Origin: an uncultured Victivallales bacterium
GTDB lineage: Bacteria; Verrucomicrobiota; Lentisphaeria; Victivallales; UBA1829
NCBI GenBank assembly: GCA_944390735.1
Contig: CALXRL010000084.1
Span: 937-64,936, forward strand
Reading direction: 5' to 3'
DNA length: 64,000 nucleotides
Positions 58,795 through 64,000 of this stretch are shown here, one piece after another. Made by a program: the position numbers and the translations under genes. The notes below the pieces were generated by a model, which saw only the letters and a program-made list of their open reading frames with translations, ran no database searches and was not told the DNA's origin. Numbering within the stretch: position 1 is the stretch's first letter; every line of letters begins with the position of its first letter.

Positions 58795-59783
58795 TCCGGA
58801 GAGCCATCATGCCACGAAGTCTGGAGAAGAAGACGGGAGCCAGTTTCCATCTCTGTGCCGGAATGCTGATTTTTCTTTCCGCCTCTTTGTCTTTGTGCGC
58901 GGCGCCTTCCGCCGCGCCTTCCGCCGCGGACGATGCGGCTCTGCTCCGGGAGGCGCACGCCATTTTTCTGGAAGGAAAGGCGCATCCCGGTCCCGCGAAA
59001 TATCATACGGATCTTCTCGGCGGAAGCGCCTGTCAGAACGCCGCCGGGACACTCCGGAACAGCCATCCGACCCCGGAAGAGGCCCGGAAAGTCATCCGTT
59101 CCTACATCGAGACGGCCAGGCGGGATTCCCGCTGGGACTATTCTCCTCCCCGCCTGAACATTCCTTCCGCGAAGCGGCCGATCCGGATCGACGGCATCGC
59201 GGAGGAGTTCGAATGGGAAAATGCGCTGACTCTCCGGGGCCAGTACGCCATCGGGGAGCGGAAGCCGGACACGCGCGACAACCCTGTCTGGCGCCTGCTC
59301 TGGGACCGGCGGTATCTCTACCTTTCCGCCGTCTTTCGGAATACGCAGTACCGGCAGGTCGGGAAGATGCCTTACGAAGCGGACTGTCTGGAGGCGTTTC
59401 TGCGGATCGACCGCAGAATCGGGCTTTACTGGGAACTGGTCGTGAACTTTGAAAACCGGGTGCTCTGCGACTACCGCAGTCTGAACTACTGGGGCGGATT
59501 TCACGATCACCGGATGCCGCCGGATCTTTTTCCCGGTCTGCAATACCGCTCCCGCATCCGCGACGGCATTCTGACGATCGAAATCGCCGTGCCCTGGAAG
59601 CTCTTTCCCGGCTTCGCAAACACAAGGTCCGCCGATTCCCCGAAAAAGGGGGAAGAGGTTCTCTTCTCCCTTGTCCGGATCCTGAGCCGATCCGATTCCG
59701 ACCGCCTGGACTACTGCTCCGCCGTTCCACTGCTCTACGGCGGACACAATCTGTACGGCCAGATCACCGGCATTCTGAACTGA
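58791..59783 (+). CDS. Secreted CBM9-like (carbohydrate-binding family 9/DOMON-like) protein
   Basis: ATG overlaps the stop of the giant gene (ATGA). Hydrophobic signal MLIFLSASLSLCAAPSAA. IRIDGIAEEFEWENA and DCLEAFLRID blocks. Confidence 0.6.
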   Translation: MIRRAIMPRSLEKKTGASFHLCAGMLIFLSASLSLCAAPSAAPSAADDAALLREAHAIFLEGKAHPGPAKYHTDLLGGSACQNAAGTLRNSHPTPEEARKVIRSYIETARRDSRWDYSPPRLNIPSAKRPIRIDGIAEEFEWENALTLRGQYAIGERKPDTRDNPVWRLLWDRRYLYLSAVFRNTQYRQVGKMPYEADCLEAFLRIDRRIGLYWELVVNFENRVLCDYRSLNYWGGFHDHRMPPDLFPGLQYRSRIRDGILTIEIAVPWKLFPGFANTRSADSPKKGEEVLFSLVRILSRSDSDRLDYCSAVPLLYGGHNLYGQITGILN

Positions 59784-59786
59784 GGT

Positions 59787-60317
59787 TCAAACGTATTTTT
59801 CCGTGGCGCTCACGGCGACGATTTCGCCGAAAAACATCTTGTGGAAATCCTTGTCGGGATACCAGGTTTTCGCGGCATCCGCATCCGCGAAGCACTCCGG
59901 CTTGAGCCAGTCCGAATAGGTCTTGCGGCACTCCAGGACGAGTTCCGCCTCCGCAATGGACGGAGCGGAGACCTTCCGGGAGGATTCGGGCGTAAGACCG
60001 GTCTCTTTGAACTTGTCGTATTTTGCGCCGGACTTGCTGCCGAAGAAGCTGAGCGCCTGTTTCCACTCCGCGCCGAAGGCGCTGAGCGTGAAACTGTCGC
60101 CCTGTTCGAGGAAGGGGAACGTGTGCCGCTGCGGGCGCACCACGACCATCGCAAACGGCTTGCCCCAGATCGTTCCGGCGGATCCCCAGCTGATGGTCAT
60201 GCCGTTGAACGTCCCCTGCGCAAAGTTTCCCGCCGTAAGAATGAACCAGCCGCTGTTGAAAAGTTCAAAGGGATTGGCTTTGAATGCGGATGGATGGATT
60301 TCCTGTCTTCTGCTCAT
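59787..60317 (-). CDS. Flavin reductase-like (FMN-binding split-barrel) protein
   Basis: Start ATG 60317 (GGAGGC upstream). FNGMTISWGSAGTIWGKPFAMVVVRPQRHT matches flavin-reductase-like domains. Confidence 0.75.
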   Translation of the reverse strand: MSRRQEIHPSAFKANPFELFNSGWFILTAGNFAQGTFNGMTISWGSAGTIWGKPFAMVVVRPQRHTFPFLEQGDSFTLSAFGAEWKQALSFFGSKSGAKYDKFKETGLTPESSRKVSAPSIAEAELVLECRKTYSDWLKPECFADADAAKTWYPDKDFHKMFFGEIVAVSATEKYV

Positions 60318-60484
60318 GATGCTAGCCTCCGTTTCTGGATGTTTTTTTCTGATTTTCCGCTGGATTTTTCTTTTCAAGGTAGCGGCGGTTGTGGAAAATG
60401 TCAAATTAAATCGGAAAAAAATCAAATCGCAATTGACGCCATCCCTTTTCGTGGTATAATACCTGAAATGCCAGAGAGATATGT

Positions 60485-61213
60485 ATGAAATATTCCATCA
60501 TTCTGCCGACCTACAATGAAGCGCTGAATATTTCCGCCATGGTGCGGAGGATTCGGGAACTGTACGGAAACGATCCGGAGATTCTGATCGTCGACGACCG
60601 GAGTCCCGATGGAACCTTTGAACAGGCGTCCGCGCTCGCGTCAGACATCCCGAATGTCCGCGCCGTTCTGCACGACGGGCCCCGCAGTCTGAGCGCAAGC
60701 GTGCTCTGCGGATTCGACCGCGCTCAGGGCGACGTTCTTTTCTGCATGGACGCCGACGGACAGCATCGGCCCGAGGATCTCGGCAGACTCCTTTCGGCGA
60801 TGGAACACAACGACATGGTCATCGGGTCCCGTTACGTCGAAGGCGGCGGCTTTGCCGAAAAATGGAAGTTCTCCAGAGTCCTCACCAGCCGGACCGCCGC
60901 TCTGATGGCAAAGCTCATTCTGAACGTCCGGATTCAGGACCCCATGTCCGGATTCTTCGCCATCCGGAAAGAGGCATATGAAAAAGTCCGGGCGGAACTT
61001 GATCCCCGGGGATTCAAGATCATGCTGGAAATCCTCTCCCTCCTGATTCTCCTGCCGGGAATCCGGATCGCGGAAACCGGCATTGTCTTCGCCATGCGGA
61101 AACACGGGGCAAGCAAACTCTCGACCCATGTGATCCTCCAGTATCTCCTGATGCTGAAAAACAGTTTCCTCAAGCAGCGAAAACTGAAAAAACGGACCGC
61201 TCTCAGCGCATAG
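60485..61213 (+). CDS. GT2 polyprenol-phosphate mannosyl/glucosyltransferase (Dpm1/Ppm1-like)
   Basis: IILPTYNEALNI, VDDRSPDGT, MDADGQH (DXD-type). C-terminal membrane-associated helix. Confidence 0.85.
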   Translation: MKYSIILPTYNEALNISAMVRRIRELYGNDPEILIVDDRSPDGTFEQASALASDIPNVRAVLHDGPRSLSASVLCGFDRAQGDVLFCMDADGQHRPEDLGRLLSAMEHNDMVIGSRYVEGGGFAEKWKFSRVLTSRTAALMAKLILNVRIQDPMSGFFAIRKEAYEKVRAELDPRGFKIMLEILSLLILLPGIRIAETGIVFAMRKHGASKLSTHVILQYLLMLKNSFLKQRKLKKRTALSA

Positions 61214-62543
61214 GTTGCCCGGCGCGGTTTCTCTTCCACCGCTCCACTCCTTTTTCCAGAATCCACGCCAGAGCATACGCGGTAAACAGGACCAGAAACG
61301 GATCCAGAAACGGCACTCTGTGACGCATCAGAACATGAACTCCCGCATGTGCCGCCCAGCCGGTCCCGATCACCAGAGCGGCAATCAGAAGAAGCTCCGT
61401 TTTCCGCCGCAGCAGCCAGATGCCGAATCCGGCGCAGAGAAAGAGAGCGCACTCCCACAACGCCACCACGGCAAACGAAACCAGACCATGCGCTCCGTAC
61501 AGCGGCCACGGACGGATGAAATGCCACGCCTTCGCAAATCCCAGATAAAGAAAATTTCCGATCCCCATCCGCTGAATCTCCTCGAAAGCCTTCTCCTTCA
61601 GGATGCGATCCTGAAGCGCCGGTTTTCCCGAACAGGATTCGGGCAGATTCCGCACCTGCGCAATCGACCGCTCCCACGCCTTGTTCTGATGCGCCAGAAA
61701 CTCTTTGCCGCTGCGGCTCCTGTAGGCATTCAGATTGTCGCTGTTGTACCCGAGATACAGATTGAATCCCCCCAGATAGGTTGTCAGATTGAACGTGCCG
61801 AAATGATGGAGATTCCGCACTCCTCCGGGCAGAACACAGAGGAAAAAGGCGAGAGAAAACACCCCGATCCGCGCGATCGAAATCCACCGCTTCCTCCCGG
61901 AAAGGACCTTTCTTCTGAGATACAGCAGAAATAGCAGTCCGCAGACCAGCGCCGGCAGAAGCAGAATCGTGGTCGGGCGCACCCATGCGGAAAGTCCGCC
62001 GCAGATCCCGAGCAGGACATACTTCCCCCACGACTCCTTCCCCAGAAACACCAGCGTGAACACCGCCAGCGACAGCGTAAACAGACTCTCCGAGGAAAAA
62101 CGCATCGAATACACGGCAAACAGCGGATGCAGATTGATCAGCAGCAGCGCCAGCCAGCCGGCCGTCTCCGATCCGATCCGTTCCCCGATCCGGAACATCA
62201 CCAGCGAAAGAGCCGTCATCACCGCCGCCTGACAGAGTGCCAGCGCAATCCACGGATTGCCCAGCACCTTGATGAAACATCCTCCGAAAAACGGCAGAAG
62301 AAGCGACCGGTACGCCTCCGGCATCGGATACGAACGCGGAGATTCGTAATAGCGGTTCGTCTCCGAAATCATCTTCCCCGTCCGGGAAAAGGAGAGCGCA
62401 AGCTCCATGTATTCCGATCCGTCGTCGTGCAGGAAAAATTCGCGATGTTCCAGCGCAATGAAAGTGTTCACGCCAAGATGAAGCAGAAAGATCACGCCTA
62501 ATGCGATCCACAACCATTTCCGGTCCATTCCCGGAAAACCCAT
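61203..62543 (-). CDS. GT-C fold membrane glycosyltransferase (ArnT/PMT-like)
   Basis: Polytopic; the first loop carries HDDGSEY. Start uncertain (ATG 62543 or 62528), placed just after the stop of the upstream alpha-2-macroglobulin gene. 11-nt convergent overlap with the GT2 gene. Confidence 0.6.
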   Translation of the reverse strand: MGFPGMDRKWLWIALGVIFLLHLGVNTFIALEHREFFLHDDGSEYMELALSFSRTGKMISETNRYYESPRSYPMPEAYRSLLLPFFGGCFIKVLGNPWIALALCQAAVMTALSLVMFRIGERIGSETAGWLALLLINLHPLFAVYSMRFSSESLFTLSLAVFTLVFLGKESWGKYVLLGICGGLSAWVRPTTILLLPALVCGLLFLLYLRRKVLSGRKRWISIARIGVFSLAFFLCVLPGGVRNLHHFGTFNLTTYLGGFNLYLGYNSDNLNAYRSRSGKEFLAHQNKAWERSIAQVRNLPESCSGKPALQDRILKEKAFEEIQRMGIGNFLYLGFAKAWHFIRPWPLYGAHGLVSFAVVALWECALFLCAGFGIWLLRRKTELLLIAALVIGTGWAAHAGVHVLMRHRVPFLDPFLVLFTAYALAWILEKGVERWKRNRAGQPMR

Positions 62544-62554
62544 TTTCCCTGTTG

Positions 62555-64000
62555 TCACGGTTCCTCTCCGATGGTCCATTGTGTATTTCCTGTGTTGCAT
62601 TTGAGTTCCGGCGCATAGACTCCCCGGCCCGAGGCGGGAAGCGCCTGATAGATTCCGTCCAGCTGCGCCCGGATCCGGTAACGGATGCTGTTCTTTCCGC
62701 GTCCGAGCTCCCGCTGGGAGAAACGGGGACCGGTCTCCCGGAACTCCGCGTAAACCGCGGGATTCCACGACAGATAGCCGCTGACCGGTTTCACATATTC
62801 GAATCCGGCGGGAAGATGATCCGTGAATTCGACATAGTCGTAATCGTTCCTGGTGTCCGCGATCAGTTCGACCTCGACGATCGTGCCCGGACGGATCGTC
62901 GAAAGATCCTTCCGTTCGATCCGTTTCTCCTTTTCATGCCTCAGGATCTGCGGCCGTCCGCCGACTCCGGCTGTCCTTGCGGTCTCCGTTCCGGGAAGAA
63001 TCTCGTAGTATCTGCGTTCCAGACGCATCTCTCCGCCGGCGGGAGCGATTTTTTCCTTCAGCGTAAAATATGTCAGCATCGTATGATAGAACACCGAGCC
63101 GCGCCCCGCACACGAGATCGTCATGACATGCCCGCCCGCCGGAAGCATCTCCGCCGGAATCGTGAGATGAAACTCCCCGTTCCAGAGATTCTCCTTCGTG
63201 ATGCGGAAGGACCCGACATATCCTTCGTCAAGGTGAACCATGATGTTCAGATCGGGATCGCCTTCCCCCGTGACGCGGATGTACTCCGCCAGACTCTCCA
63301 CCGCCGCTCCAAGAGCCCGGATCGAACTGCGCGACGGCGCATTGCGGATGTTCGTCGTCAGATAACGCGCCACCCTGCCCGCCATCGGATCCTTCGGATT
63401 CTGCCGCAGAAGCAGTTGGAGATACGCCGCCTGCGTCGCCGTGTCGTCCCCGTACCAGAAGAAGCTCCACTGCGGTTTAATATCCAGATACGCCGTTCCG
63501 GCGGAATCGTCGCTTTTCCGCATCTCGTCCAGGTATGCCAGAACCGGAGGCAGATACGGACTCTTCTTGTCCAGCGCCAGAGCATACAGTACCAGAGCGT
63601 AGGTGGAAAGTTCTCTTCTCTGTTCAAACACGAGCTTTTCGAGTCCGGAATGACGCTTCCCCGCTTCCGCAAGCGTCTTCAGCACAAGCGGATCCACATG
63701 GGAGACCGTCGATTTCCCCTGACGAATCTCGCCAAAGCGTTTTTCCGCATGCGCGGAAAGCCAGGCGGTTCCACGACGAATCCGATTCTCATCCACGTTC
63801 CGCCCCATTCTCTTTGCGGCAAGCAGGGCGTCAACCACATACGCGGTCGTATCCGCATAGGAACGCTCCCGGTAACCGCTGAACCATCCCCAGCCGCCAT
63901 CGGCATTGACCATGCCCTCAATCATCCGGAGATTGCCGGAAACAAGTTTTTCAAACGTCTCCGCCTGAAAGACGGGCCGCCGCTCCGCTCCGCGCAGATA
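62555..64000 (-). CDS. Bacterial alpha-2-macroglobulin family protein, C-terminal part (5' end outside the window)
   Basis: The frame stays open to the window edge. Alpha/alpha-toroid (thioester-domain-like) NADGGWGWFSGY...TAYVVDALL region, followed by receptor-binding-like beta domains. Confidence 0.7.
   Translation of the reverse strand, partial: YLRGAERRPVFQAETFEKLVSGNLRMIEGMVNADGGWGWFSGYRERSYADTTAYVVDALLAAKRMGRNVDENRIRRGTAWLSAHAEKRFGEIRQGKSTVSHVDPLVLKTLAEAGKRHSGLEKLVFEQRRELSTYALVLYALALDKKSPYLPPVLAYLDEMRKSDDSAGTAYLDIKPQWSFFWYGDDTATQAAYLQLLLRQNPKDPMAGRVARYLTTNIRNAPSRSSIRALGAAVESLAEYIRVTGEGDPDLNIMVHLDEGYVGSFRITKENLWNGEFHLTIPAEMLPAGGHVMTISCAGRGSVFYHTMLTYFTLKEKIAPAGGEMRLERRYYEILPGTETARTAGVGGRPQILRHEKEKRIERKDLSTIRPGTIVEVELIADTRNDYDYVEFTDHLPAGFEYVKPVSGYLSWNPAVYAEFRETGPRFSQRELGRGKNSIRYRIRAQLDGIYQALPASGRGVYAPELKCNTGNTQWTIGEEP

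Overview
A 64-kb chromosomal window at about 55-60% GC. It most likely comes from a member of the PVC superphylum (Lentisphaerota, Kiritimatiellota or Verrucomicrobiota). The basis for that guess is three paralogs of the prepilin-like H-X9-DG family sitting inside glycan-degradation loci. I support 50 protein-coding genes. Housekeeping genes: a riboswitch-controlled P-type ATPase; a tightly coupled ROK kinase-ppx-ppk1-queC-flavoprotein operon; dnaN-recF next to a 600-bp AT-rich candidate oriC; a SIS isomerase; uppS-cdsA; an Lrp regulator with an aminotransferase; zwf; glgC; upp; an rnfABCDGE operon; and envelope glycosyltransferases. Four regulator-linked glycan loci: LacI-GH-2 pseudopilins; LacI-GH2-like-lectin-like; FAD oxidoreductase-GH29; and GH29/F5-8 then GntR-pseudopilin-1552-aa secreted protein-CBM9-like protein. 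I found no rRNA, tRNA, CRISPR array, transposase or integrase. Best candidates for undescribed biology: (1) the regulator-coupled H-X9-DG pseudopilin modules, whose glycan loci encode no transporter and whose pilin-like leaders lack the canonical -1 Gly; (2) a ~246-nt multi-hairpin mosaic repeat family, present as two inverted tandem pairs, each starting just after a stop codon; (3) a yybP-ykoY-like Mn2+ riboswitch with two tandem terminator hairpins ahead of a Ca2+-type P-ATPase. All calls come from reading motifs by eye. No database or covariance-model search was run.
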